Made by a program: the position numbers and the translations under genes. The notes under the pieces were generated by a model. That model had not been told where the DNA came from and did no database searches. It worked only from the letters and a program-made list of their open reading frames with translations. This document shows, in pieces, positions 23,390-32,624 of a stretch of 63,403 bases of DNA; positions within the stretch are counted from its first letter, which is position 1; every line of letters starts with the position of its first letter. The stretch spans positions 1-63,403 of the forward strand of contig CAYPPG010000047.1 in NCBI GenBank assembly GCA_964412555.1, written 5' to 3'. The DNA comes from an uncultured bacterium. Lineage in GTDB: Bacteria; Hinthialibacterota; Hinthialibacteria; Hinthialibacterales; Hinthialibacteraceae.

Positions 23390-24211
23390 TCAACTTTCTT
23401 GATATACTTCCAGAGAGATAGGATCTCCGATTCCAAGTCCGGTTGTCACGGCTGCATTCCCTTTACTTACAGCGATTTCCAAGCGATCAAATCCTCCGAA
23501 AACGGCGACTAATTCTCCCGGCTTTTTCTCACCGAACGCATTCGATATCCCATGAATCTTATTGGCTGGCAAATAAATGACAATATCGTCGCACTGGCAT
23601 CCGTTTTTTTCACACCATCTTTGAAAGGTCGAAAATTCAAGATTGGTAATCAGATTTCCAAAACGGTCAATGTAACGCACATAGGATTCAATGGATTCGT
23701 TAGTGATTTTCAATGGTTTAAAAGTGGGAAGAATAACCGGATCGTCAATTTCATTACCGATTTCCGCAATTGGCACTCCCCGCGCCAAATGCGCTGTTAC
23801 GGGAGAAAAAATGTCCCGCCCATGAAACGTATTGCTGATTTTTTCAAGCCATAACTCCCGATTTGTGGCCGAAATGATCCGTTTGGGATTATCCGTATCC
23901 AATAATGGACTCAGCAAGCCATTATCCGGCGCAACAAATATGTGTCCTTGTGTTTCCAGAATCAGAATGCGGCGCTCTGTTCCGACTCCTGGATCGGCTA
24001 CACACAAATGAATCGATCCTTGTGGAAAATATCCATGAGACCAATTGATAAGAAATCCGGCGGCGGAAACCGCAAAGGGGGGTAAATCATGGGTAATATC
24101 AATGATCTGTGCATTCGGTACAATTTGTAACATCACCCCTTTCATAAGTCCAATAAAACCGTCCGCTGTGCCAAAATCCGTCAATAACGTAATAATCGGC
24201 CGATGGCTCAT
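23390..24211 (-). CDS. SAM hydroxide adenosyltransferase (DUF62, SAM hydrolase)
   Basis: LLTDFG, DPGVGT.R, APDNG, TFHGRDIF, IDRFGN. The Asp-Arg-His triad typical of DUF62 hydrolases is present. Confidence 0.88.
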   Translation of the reverse strand: MSHRPIITLLTDFGTADGFIGLMKGVMLQIVPNAQIIDITHDLPPFAVSAAGFLINWSHGYFPQGSIHLCVADPGVGTERRILILETQGHIFVAPDNGLLSPLLDTDNPKRIISATNRELWLEKISNTFHGRDIFSPVTAHLARGVPIAEIGNEIDDPVILPTFKPLKITNESIESYVRYIDRFGNLITNLEFSTFQRWCEKNGCQCDDIVIYLPANKIHGISNAFGEKKPGELVAVFGGFDRLEIAVSKGNAAVTTGLGIGDPISLEVYQES

Positions 24212-24318
24212 TATTTTACTCCTTCAAATATATAAGGTATTTTCATTCAATTTCACACTTCCGCAACATCCTACCAAGATTAGATTTGTTCTCTCATCCA
24301 ACAACAGCAATGCTGTTT

Positions 24319-25515
24319 TCAAACCGTAATACCATGTTCCAGCAATCGCACATTTTCAGCGGCAACAGGGAATGTCATGACAAATTGCGTTCCGTGCCCA
24401 GTATCACTATGAACCGATATCGTGCCGTTATGCTCCCGGATAATCCGATCCACGATCATCAATCCCAATCCGGTTCCCCGGGGTTTGGTCGTGAAATAAG
24501 GCTCGAAAATATGAGGAATATCTTCAGGATCGATCCCCTTGCCCGAATCTTCGAAAACAAGGGTGACATTCCCTTCCTTGCAAATCATCCGAATACACAC
24601 TTCCCGCTCTTTCTCTTCCGTTTCATCCTCATCATCTTTATTGATTGCTTCAATGGCATTGCGTAAAAGATTGATAAATGCTTGTTTGAGTTGGGTTTCA
24701 TCCGCTTCGATATAAGGCCAATCCCCCTCTTCGATCAACGATACCGCTATATTGTTTTCGGTAAATTCAGGTTCCATCAGGCGTAAAGTATCCGTCACCA
24801 AAGAATAAAGGCCGATGAGACGCATTTCAGGCTGAGACGGTTTGATTGCGCTCAAAAAGCGATTGATCACATCATTGAGTCTTTTAATTTCATTCGAGAA
24901 AATCTCAAGAACTTCGTTCACATCCGTATCCTCGATGCCTTTCTTCTTTAAATGACGCTGAAGCAGCTGCAGGTGAATAGAGAGGGAATTTAACGGATTG
25001 CGGATTTCATGAGACATTCCAGCACTCAATGTCGTCAGTGCCGCCAATTTTTCAGCTTCGCGCAATTTTTGATCTCGTTTTTTATTTTCCGTTTCATTCT
25101 GGAACAGGAACACCGTTCCAAAACGCTTACCTTTGATTTCAAGGGGAACCATACTTACCACTAAAAATTGGGGACGATCATACTGTCTGAGTTTAAATTC
25201 ATGAGAATGAATCGGCTCCTTACTGTGAATTCCTTCCTGGCAAAGTTGTAACAAACCGTCGTGATTCAAAAACTGGGATAATTGTACATCAGGGGTATTG
25301 GTTCCGTCTCCTAATCCTAGAATTTCCCGTGCCGATTTGTTGATATAAACCACTTTTTCTTCGACATCGCTGACGATCATTCCTTCGAGAACACTGTCGA
25401 GCAGTGCCATCATCAGATCCCGCTCATTGGCGATTTCTTTTAAATAATCGACGATCTGTTCCTTGTCGATTTTTTCCGCCCGATCCAGTAAGCGATGTAA
25501 AAAGCCACTTTTCAT
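24319..25515 (-). CDS. Cytoplasmic PAS-domain sensor histidine kinase
   Basis: HEIRNPL H-box, NL..NA, DSGKGI, FTTK..GTGLGL; no TM segments. Confidence 0.92.
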   Translation of the reverse strand: MKSGFLHRLLDRAEKIDKEQIVDYLKEIANERDLMMALLDSVLEGMIVSDVEEKVVYINKSAREILGLGDGTNTPDVQLSQFLNHDGLLQLCQEGIHSKEPIHSHEFKLRQYDRPQFLVVSMVPLEIKGKRFGTVFLFQNETENKKRDQKLREAEKLAALTTLSAGMSHEIRNPLNSLSIHLQLLQRHLKKKGIEDTDVNEVLEIFSNEIKRLNDVINRFLSAIKPSQPEMRLIGLYSLVTDTLRLMEPEFTENNIAVSLIEEGDWPYIEADETQLKQAFINLLRNAIEAINKDDEDETEEKEREVCIRMICKEGNVTLVFEDSGKGIDPEDIPHIFEPYFTTKPRGTGLGLMIVDRIIREHNGTISVHSDTGHGTQFVMTFPVAAENVRLLEHGITV

Positions 25516-25630
25516 AGCTCACCCATTCCTATCGATATCATGAATTCTGTTCTTCCGGTTGGAAGTATTCTTCGTTTCCTGCTACTATTCATATTATCTT
25601 ATAACATTACGATTCATACGTTAGTGAAAG

Positions 25631-26623
25631 ATGAGTAAAGTTCTCAATGCAATTGTCATAGGCGTCGGCTCGCTGGGGAAACACCATGCGAGGATATATG
25701 CGGGTCACGAAAATATCAAACTAGTAGCCGTCGTAGATACGGATCCGCTTGTTCGTGATCGTACGGCAAACGAATGGAACTGCAAGGGTGTAACCTCTAT
25801 CGAAGAGATAGAAGAAACGATCGATCTTGCCAGTATCGTTGTGCCAACGGCTGATCATTTTCCTATTGCCTCACAGTTAATCGAGCGTGGGATTCCGATA
25901 CTCGTGGAAAAACCCGTAACGATGACCGTCGAAGAGGGAGAACAACTTGTCGATCTGTCTCAAAAAAGGGGCGTGATCCTGCAAGTTGGGCATATCGAGC
26001 GGTTTAACGCCGGTGTAATGGAATTAGGAAAACACCTAAATAATCCATTGTTCATAGAATCTCATCGGCTGGGTCCCCCGACACCGCGAGTGAAAGATGT
26101 CGGGGTAGTCCTCGATCTTATGATCCACGATTTGGACTTGATTCTCTCGCTTGTGCAATCGGATATTACGGCGATCGATGCTGTGGGGGTACCGATTTTG
26201 ACACCTCAAGAAGATATCGCGAACGCGCGTCTTCGATTTGCTTCCAACTGCATCGCCAATGTCACGGTCAGTCGTGTTACTCCCGAACGGCAGCGAAAAA
26301 TACGTTTTTTTCAGCAAGATACCTACCTATCACTCGATTACCTACAACCCGATCTACAAATTTATAGAAAAACCACAAAAGAAAACGGTTCGATATCCAT
26401 CCAACATGAACAGCCGAAGTTGCACCATCACGAACCGTTAGCCGCTGAAATCGATTCATTCATCCAGTGCGTTCTCCAAGAGCAATCTCCGATTGTGAGC
26501 GGAGAAGACGGAGTTCGCGCCTTAAAACTTGCTCAACTCATTACCGAACAGGTTCAACAAGTCACCGATCAATTCCTGCAAGAAGGAGAATATCGAGACG
26601 ATCATCCATCAAGTCACTCATAA
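25631..26623 (+). CDS. Gfo/Idh/MocA oxidoreductase (GnnA-like UDP-sugar dehydrogenase?)
   Basis: GVGSLG, EKP, GHIERFN, DLMIHDLD. Confidence 0.85.
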   Translation: MSKVLNAIVIGVGSLGKHHARIYAGHENIKLVAVVDTDPLVRDRTANEWNCKGVTSIEEIEETIDLASIVVPTADHFPIASQLIERGIPILVEKPVTMTVEEGEQLVDLSQKRGVILQVGHIERFNAGVMELGKHLNNPLFIESHRLGPPTPRVKDVGVVLDLMIHDLDLILSLVQSDITAIDAVGVPILTPQEDIANARLRFASNCIANVTVSRVTPERQRKIRFFQQDTYLSLDYLQPDLQIYRKTTKENGSISIQHEQPKLHHHEPLAAEIDSFIQCVLQEQSPIVSGEDGVRALKLAQLITEQVQQVTDQFLQEGEYRDDHPSSHS

Positions 26624-26694
26624 TACCTTTTGATGATTCGTGAATTCTTACCGGTCATACCGGTTCATTCGAATGATTCTCCAGGAGATGAACA

Positions 26695-28548
26695 TTGACA
26701 AACGAGAACTGGTTCCGTCTTGGCCCTTCAAAATCAGAATATTTGCGGTCGAATCTCAAACACTTTCAAAAACGTTTCCCCGAACAGATCGAAAATATCC
26801 ATAATTCTTCCGCCAAACTCGATTCCTATGAATTTTTAGCAATCGAAGGCCGGTGTTATGCGTGCCGTACTCACGACAGCGATAACATTCTTCTTTTATA
26901 CAATCCCAGAACACTTCTCCAGAATCACAACCGCTCAATCGAGAGTGCTCAGAAATTTTTTCAGCGCGGCGTTTCTCTTATGATCATTGCCGGTTCCGGA
27001 TTAGGCTACCTTGCTCATTCTCTTGAAAGAAACATTCAAAAGGATGTTTCGAAAGGATTGGTTTTAGTAGAGAATCGTCCGGAACTGATCCTCGCTCAAT
27101 TTTGCCTTTACGATTGCGAGCGTTTATTGAATTCACCACAACTGTTTTGGGCAGTGGGGGAAGCATTATATTCGGTCATGGAATCATTGTTCAAACGGGA
27201 AAGTCTTTATCAATTGAATATTCAACAAATCGTTTCTGTGCCTGAACGGTCATTGACAAAAGAGGAACGTATTCTTTATGGAAAACTACCGCAATGGTAC
27301 TCATCCACCCGTAAGTACTACCTTCATTCCTTTCAGGAAAAACGCGAACGCTTTGATCGACGCATGAAAGAACCGCCTGACCTCAATACCGGCCGCATCT
27401 GGGGTATCACTCATCCGGACGCTTACGCGCACACACCGCTGCTTCGATCTTTGATGTCAGGATTCGAACAGCAAGGCTGGTCGAAGCACATCCTAGAAAT
27501 CAAGGACGGATTTTCCGCTCGATTCCGTGTCATCGAACATCTCGTCGACACTGCACCGGATGCCATTCTGGTCTGCAATACACCCTCAGAGCAATTTATC
27601 AATCGTTCGATTCACCGCCCCCGGATTGTATGGTTCCTGGACGATCCCCGTCACTATAATAATGAAACTTTTGCCGAAAGTTTTATGAAACAAGATCACA
27701 TTTTTTATATCGACCGAACTTACGGATCGTTATTACAGAAAACTCATGCCGGTTCCCATCATTTCCTGCCTGCCACATCTTCTTTCACCTCCCCAGGAAC
27801 CTCCATAAAAGAACTCGCCGCTCCCATTCTTTTCGTAGGTTCTTACGACAATACATCTTTTTATCGCGATTACGCCCTCAAAACCGAATGGGAGGAAACC
27901 GCCGCTCTCTTAGAAGCCCTAATCCAACAACCTACAATCCCCACCCACGAGCTCATGGAGCAATTCAAAATCAAAGAAGCGATATATCGAAAAATCCAAA
28001 TCATCGCTAACGATTTTGTAAAAACCATCCAACGCACTTTCTATTCAGATACTCACCGTCTCGAGTATTTTCTCTACAATTTGGCCAATAGTTTCAAGCG
28101 AGAAAAATATGTCCGTGCATTGCTCGATCAAGGAATCGTTGTGTATGGCCCCGAATCTTGGCGAGAAGTACTTGGTGAAAAATACAAAAATCAATTCAAA
28201 GGCTGGATGTCTCCTAAAAAATTAGCCGATGCCTATGCCTCTGCCACTATTTGTCTTAACATTCATAGCCTTCAATGTCCCACCTGCTTCAATCCGCGCG
28301 ATTTCGACATTCTGGCCACGAAGGGATGTTTATTGAGTGATTGGGTAGCGGATATGGAAGAAGAAATTCTAAAACCGGACCGCGATTTGATTTCTTTCCG
28401 AAACGAAAAAGAACTAGTTCAAAAAATAGAAACGCTTTTGCAAGAACACGACTTGCGGCATGAAATTTCGGAAACCGGATACCGGACTTTTCATCAAAGA
28501 CACACTCCCGCTCACCGTGCCAGCAAAATCTTGGAATTGATTCGTTAA
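26695..28548 (+). CDS. CgeB/DUF3880-like glycosyltransferase with Maf-like N-terminal region
   Basis: N-terminal 'NL..F', G.GLGY...VE; C-terminal LNIH...NPRDFDI, R..I...G......HT..HR. Confidence 0.65.
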   Translation: MTNENWFRLGPSKSEYLRSNLKHFQKRFPEQIENIHNSSAKLDSYEFLAIEGRCYACRTHDSDNILLLYNPRTLLQNHNRSIESAQKFFQRGVSLMIIAGSGLGYLAHSLERNIQKDVSKGLVLVENRPELILAQFCLYDCERLLNSPQLFWAVGEALYSVMESLFKRESLYQLNIQQIVSVPERSLTKEERILYGKLPQWYSSTRKYYLHSFQEKRERFDRRMKEPPDLNTGRIWGITHPDAYAHTPLLRSLMSGFEQQGWSKHILEIKDGFSARFRVIEHLVDTAPDAILVCNTPSEQFINRSIHRPRIVWFLDDPRHYNNETFAESFMKQDHIFYIDRTYGSLLQKTHAGSHHFLPATSSFTSPGTSIKELAAPILFVGSYDNTSFYRDYALKTEWEETAALLEALIQQPTIPTHELMEQFKIKEAIYRKIQIIANDFVKTIQRTFYSDTHRLEYFLYNLANSFKREKYVRALLDQGIVVYGPESWREVLGEKYKNQFKGWMSPKKLADAYASATICLNIHSLQCPTCFNPRDFDILATKGCLLSDWVADMEEEILKPDRDLISFRNEKELVQKIETLLQEHDLRHEISETGYRTFHQRHTPAHRASKILELIR

Positions 28549-28586
28549 GAAGATAACACTTATACAGGTTTCGTTTTTGCAGCCTC

Positions 28587-29582
28587 ATGCTACTGTACTA
28601 TCTCATGATGAGATTTCAGCGTAAATGGATTCTTTTACTCTTCACGGTCGTGATATTCGTGATCCTCTTCCTCAGCGTCGATTTTACCGCTGCTATGGAG
28701 ACAGTTCGTCAAGCGAATCCATTCTTTTTTCTTTTTGCCTGCCTAATTACTTTTCTTTTTCCGTTTTGGTGTGCCGTGCGCTGGAACTTGATTGTCCTGA
28801 ATCTAGGCGTTCGATTGGGAATATGGGAAAGTTTTAAGATTATTATGGCCGCCTGGCCGGTGGGAGCGATCACCCCGGCAAAATCAGGGGATTTGATCAA
28901 AGTCTTGTTTTTAAAAAAGGTCCTCCCCTATTCAAAAACCACGGGCGTGATCCTCGCTGAGCGTTTGGTGGATGTCATCGCCTTATGCTGCTATGCCGTC
29001 ATATGGGGAGTGATCTATGATTTCGAGACGGCTGCAATGCTGGCCGGTGGATTGTTACTAGGAGTTCTGCTCTTCTTGATTATCGCAGCATCGCCGCTTA
29101 TCGACCGTTTTCCTTTGAAATGGCGATCTCTTGCCTTGAATCTATTCGAAGCGACAAAAAGGATGGTTCTGCATAAGATGACTTTTTTGTTCATTTTGAT
29201 AATTACTTTTCTGAATTGGTTCTGCACTTTTTTGCAGACATGGCTCTGTTATAAAGCCTTTCACGTCGACGTTCCCTTATTTTATATCATGGCGGCTTTA
29301 CCCATTGCGATCTTCATCGGATTGATCCCCGTGACATTATCCGGAATGGGAACACGCGATTCCGCTGTTATCTTTTTATTTCAACAGTACGCAAGATATG
29401 AGATCAATCTGGCTGTCGGTATCTTATATTCAATTTTCGGGTACTGGTTTCTTTCCATTCTGGGTATTCCCTTCATGCGTGCTGCCTTGGGTGGTTCAAT
29501 AGGCGGAATCAAAGGAGAAGATTTGCATAAAAAGATATTCCAAGGGGATGCGAATTCGGAATCAGGAAACCTTCTTCCATAA
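28587..29582 (+). CDS. Lysylphosphatidylglycerol synthase TM/flippase-like membrane protein (UPF0104)
   Basis: RW, PAKSGD, ERLVD, P.TLSG.GTRD motifs. Start may be 28605. Confidence 0.85.
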   Translation: MLLYYLMMRFQRKWILLLFTVVIFVILFLSVDFTAAMETVRQANPFFFLFACLITFLFPFWCAVRWNLIVLNLGVRLGIWESFKIIMAAWPVGAITPAKSGDLIKVLFLKKVLPYSKTTGVILAERLVDVIALCCYAVIWGVIYDFETAAMLAGGLLLGVLLFLIIAASPLIDRFPLKWRSLALNLFEATKRMVLHKMTFLFILIITFLNWFCTFLQTWLCYKAFHVDVPLFYIMAALPIAIFIGLIPVTLSGMGTRDSAVIFLFQQYARYEINLAVGILYSIFGYWFLSILGIPFMRAALGGSIGGIKGEDLHKKIFQGDANSESGNLLP

Positions 29583-29710
29583 ATCAAATTCGTACAAAAA
29601 AAGCGCTGCTCATTTCATGAATCATTTCTCTCGAATAAGTTGGCGAAATTAATAACCATTTACCCTCTCAAGAGTTCAATCAGAATCAAGAAAAAAATGA
29701 AAATTTATCA

Positions 29711-29739
29711 TTGACGAGTGAATCGCTTTCGAGTATTCT
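29711..29739 (+). promoter_or_regulatory. Sigma70-type promoter of pckG
   Basis: TTGACG-17-TATTCT. Confidence 0.6.
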
Positions 29740-29792
29740 ACTCTTTCAATAAATTTGTTGATGGTGAAAAATTTATCCAAGGAGTGAAACGA

Positions 29793-31562
29793 ATGGCCAC
29801 TCATTTAGAAGCATGGGTTGAAGAACAAGCAAAGCTCGCACAGCCGGATCGGATTCATTGGTGTGATGGTTCGGAAGAAGAGGCTCGAAAGATCGTTGAA
29901 GCCGGTATTCATGAAGAAAAAATCGAAGGACAACCGGTTTTTCAAGAATTGAACCATGATCTTTGGCCGAAAGCCTACTATCACAAAAGTCATCCGACCG
30001 ACGTTGCCCGAACCGAGCATTTGACCTTCGTTTGTCACCCCGATAAGGACACCGCCGGTCCTAACAATAACTGGATGGATCCAAATGAAGCCAAGAAGAA
30101 GTTAACCGAAATTTCAAGAGGCTGCATGAAAGGGAAAACAATGTATGTCCTGCCGTATATGATGGGACATCCTGATTCTCCCTATGCCAAAGCCTGCGTC
30201 CAATTGACCGATATATCCTATGTCGCCGTCAGTATGCGCATCATGACTCGTATGAGTAAGACGGTTATAGATAAAATCGGCAATAGAGACGATTTTGTCA
30301 AAGGATTCCATTCGGTAAGCGATTTTGATCCGGAAAAGCGCTTCATTATGCATTTCCCGGATGATCATTTGGTTTGGAGTGTCGGTTCCGGCTATGGCGG
30401 AAACGCACTGCTCGGGAAAAAATGCTTTTCCCTTCGCATCGCATCCTGGCTAGGGTACAACGAAGGCTGGTTGGCGGAGCACATGGTGATCATGGGGATC
30501 GAGGATCCGCAGGGCAAAGTCACGTACATCGCCGCAGCATTCCCCAGTGCCTGCGGAAAAACCAACCTGGCTATGCTGCAATCTGCACTTCCGGGATATA
30601 AAGTCTGGACGTTGGGAGATGACATTGCCTGGTTGAACGTGGGCCCGGACGGCCGTTTATGGGCGATCAATCCGGAAACCGGATTTTTCGGCGTGGCTCC
30701 CGGAACCTCGCAAAAAACCAATCCCAACATGATGACGACATTGAAAAACGACCAATTTTTCCCCACTCTCTTTACGAACACCGCTGTCAATCTCGATACG
30801 AACGAACCGTGGTGGGAAGGCGCAGATGCTCCTCCACCGAAAAACGCCCTCGATTGGAAAGGGAATCCCTGGTCAGCAGGCTCTGAAGGGAATGCCGCTC
30901 ATCCCAATTCGCGGTTCACGGCTTCCATCTACAATTGCCCCACGCTTTCTCCGGAATTTGACAATCCGAAGGGAGTGCCAATCTCTGCGATTCTCCTTGG
31001 CGGGAAACGCTCCACATTGATTCCACTGGTAATGGAGAGTTTAAGCTGGCCGCATGGAGTCTTTTTGGGTGCCCGTGTCGGTTCGGAAACGACAGCAGCC
31101 GCGATTCACAAGGTTGGTGTGCTACGCCGTGATCCAATGGCCATGCGCCCCTTCTGCGGGTACAACATGGGTGATTATTTCCGGCATTGGTTAAACATAG
31201 GGAAAAAATTAACCAATCCGCCGAAAATATATTCGGTCAACTGGTTCCGTCTCGGAGAACAAGGAGAATTCATCTGGCCGGGATTCGGTGAAAATATCCG
31301 TGTAATGGAATGGATCATCAAACGAGCCAATAACGAAGTCGGTGTACGGGAAACTCCAATCGGTCTTTTGCCTCATTCAAAAGACATCAACATCGACGGA
31401 TTGGACATGCCGAAAGAGAATCTGGAAAAACTCCTCGAAGTGAATATGGCCGACTGGCAAGAGGAAGCGGCCGGTATCGAAGAATATATGAACGGTTACG
31501 GTGACCGCTTACCGGATGAGATTCGGAAGGAAGTGGAGTATTTATTGAAGAATGCGAAGTAA
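29793..31562 (+). CDS. pckG: GTP-dependent phosphoenolpyruvate carboxykinase
   Basis: FPSACGKTN signature, GDDIAW, DPMAMRPFCGYN; AAGGAG RBS. Confidence 0.96.
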   Translation: MATHLEAWVEEQAKLAQPDRIHWCDGSEEEARKIVEAGIHEEKIEGQPVFQELNHDLWPKAYYHKSHPTDVARTEHLTFVCHPDKDTAGPNNNWMDPNEAKKKLTEISRGCMKGKTMYVLPYMMGHPDSPYAKACVQLTDISYVAVSMRIMTRMSKTVIDKIGNRDDFVKGFHSVSDFDPEKRFIMHFPDDHLVWSVGSGYGGNALLGKKCFSLRIASWLGYNEGWLAEHMVIMGIEDPQGKVTYIAAAFPSACGKTNLAMLQSALPGYKVWTLGDDIAWLNVGPDGRLWAINPETGFFGVAPGTSQKTNPNMMTTLKNDQFFPTLFTNTAVNLDTNEPWWEGADAPPPKNALDWKGNPWSAGSEGNAAHPNSRFTASIYNCPTLSPEFDNPKGVPISAILLGGKRSTLIPLVMESLSWPHGVFLGARVGSETTAAAIHKVGVLRRDPMAMRPFCGYNMGDYFRHWLNIGKKLTNPPKIYSVNWFRLGEQGEFIWPGFGENIRVMEWIIKRANNEVGVRETPIGLLPHSKDINIDGLDMPKENLEKLLEVNMADWQEEAAGIEEYMNGYGDRLPDEIRKEVEYLLKNAK

Positions 31563-31593
31563 GTAACGCATCATATATAATGATCATGGAACG

Positions 31594-31620
31594 GGGCGGC
31601 AAAAATGCCGCCCTATTTCT
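31594..31620 (+). terminator. Intrinsic terminator after pckG
   Basis: GGGCGGCA-AAAA-TGCCGCCC followed by TATTTCT. Confidence 0.7.
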
Positions 31621-31723
31621 GATTGGAATTATTTATGCCGAGATATAGACTCTGAGGGAAAAAATCGCTCATTGTACGGATCAGGGGTTGAAAAAGCATG
31701 ACCTTTTTGTCTTTTACAGGTTT

Positions 31724-32068
31724 TTAGTGGGTAGAAGGCAGTGTGGAAGTTTTGACGTTGTTCGCCATGGGAACAAATTCGATCTGAACCTTTTTGTTAA
31801 GGGCTGCAGCAACTCGACGTAACATGGATAGGGAATGCCCTTCGTAATCTGCGTCTTCCAGACGGGCAATCACGGTCTGTTTAGTTCCGATCAAATCGGC
31901 CAATTCCTGTTGAGTCAATCCCGCCTCTTTCCGCAAATCATAAATATTTTGCGCGATTTCGGCATTCGCTCTTTCTTCTTCGAGAAGGGCTTCCATCTCT
32001 GGTTTCCCTTCAATATATCGGCGGTGTAAAATTTCTACACCGTCCGTTGTTGGCTTTCTGTTACGCAT
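31724..32068 (-). CDS. XRE/HTH antitoxin (HigA-like), intact
   Basis: LRKEAGLTQQELADLIGTKQTVIARLEDADYEGHSLSML; directly downstream of a toxin remnant. Confidence 0.85.
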   Translation of the reverse strand: MRNRKPTTDGVEILHRRYIEGKPEMEALLEEERANAEIAQNIYDLRKEAGLTQQELADLIGTKQTVIARLEDADYEGHSLSMLRRVAAALNKKVQIEFVPMANNVKTSTLPSTH

Positions 32069-32070
32069 CG

Positions 32071-32172
32071 TTATATCTCCTTGTAAGTGTGTCGCGCCGG
32101 GTTTTCCATAAATTTCTTTTTTCGCTCAATGGCTCGGTCGATTTCCTTCGGAGGGACTATTCTTTCTTTCGT
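32071..32172 (-). pseudogene. C-terminal remnant of a gp49/HigB-like (RelE superfamily) toxin
   Basis: TKERIVPPKEIDRAIERKKKFMENPARHTYKEI* resembles the C-terminus of this family; the N-terminal part is missing. Confidence 0.7.
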
Positions 32173-32200
32173 GTTGTAAAAAAAGCAAAAAGTGAATTTC

Positions 32201-32281
32201 TTACGGTTCATCCGGAAGAAAATCGGCTTGTGGTAACTGCTTCCCATGACGAAAACCGAATACATTGTTGTCGTCATCGAT
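32201..32281 (-). pseudogene. C-terminal remnant of a ParE/RelE-like toxin
   Basis: My translation: IDDDNNVFGFRHGKQLPQADFLPDEP*. The 'RH' terminal strand is typical of ParE-like toxins. Confidence 0.55.
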
Positions 32282-32413
32282 CGAGCTTAACTCCGATTTC
32301 ACAAGCTAGATTCCGTAGAAGTTCACGTATCGGCCGTTTTTTTTGGCCTGATCAAACTTTTCACGAAGATGGTCGCGGGCGTCGGTAAATGTGATAACGT
32401 CGCTACTTCGCAT
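32274..32413 (-). pseudogene. Internally deleted Phd/YefM-like antitoxin
   Basis: Frame 1: MRSSDVITFTDARDHLREKFDQAKKNGR. Frame 2: RPIRELLRNLACEIGVKLDR*. The middle is missing; GGGGA RBS upstream. Confidence 0.7.
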
Positions 32414-32433
32414 AGATGATTCCCCGCTTTAAT

Positions 32434-32487
32434 TATTGTACAATATTCTGTACAGATAATTGTTGAATGTTTCTACTTATAAGTCAA
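32434..32487 (-). promoter_or_regulatory. TA promoter with YefM-type paired TGTACA operator
   Basis: Palindromes TATTGTACAATA (32434-32445) and TCTGTACAGA (32447-32456), cores 12 bp apart; TTGACT-17-AACAAT just upstream. Confidence 0.7.
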
Positions 32488-32624
32488 CGTAGATACTCAA
32501 GATCATCGTCTCGAATTATCCAATCTCTTAGCCCGAGATTCAGCCTCTCCCCTTCTCTCGACATTCGCTCCTGAGTACAAATCGAGTACAATCATTCAAT
32601 TATCCATACAAAAACGAGGTTCTC

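Noticed and set aside
23390-24211. Fluorinase/chlorinase
   Set aside because: It retains the DUF62 Asp-Arg-His triad (TFHGRD), so a SAM hydrolase is the more likely call.
32071-32277. 68-aa ORF as an intact toxin
   Set aside because: Only the last ~33 aa look toxin-like; the front half is an out-of-frame read of the ParE remnant plus spacer.
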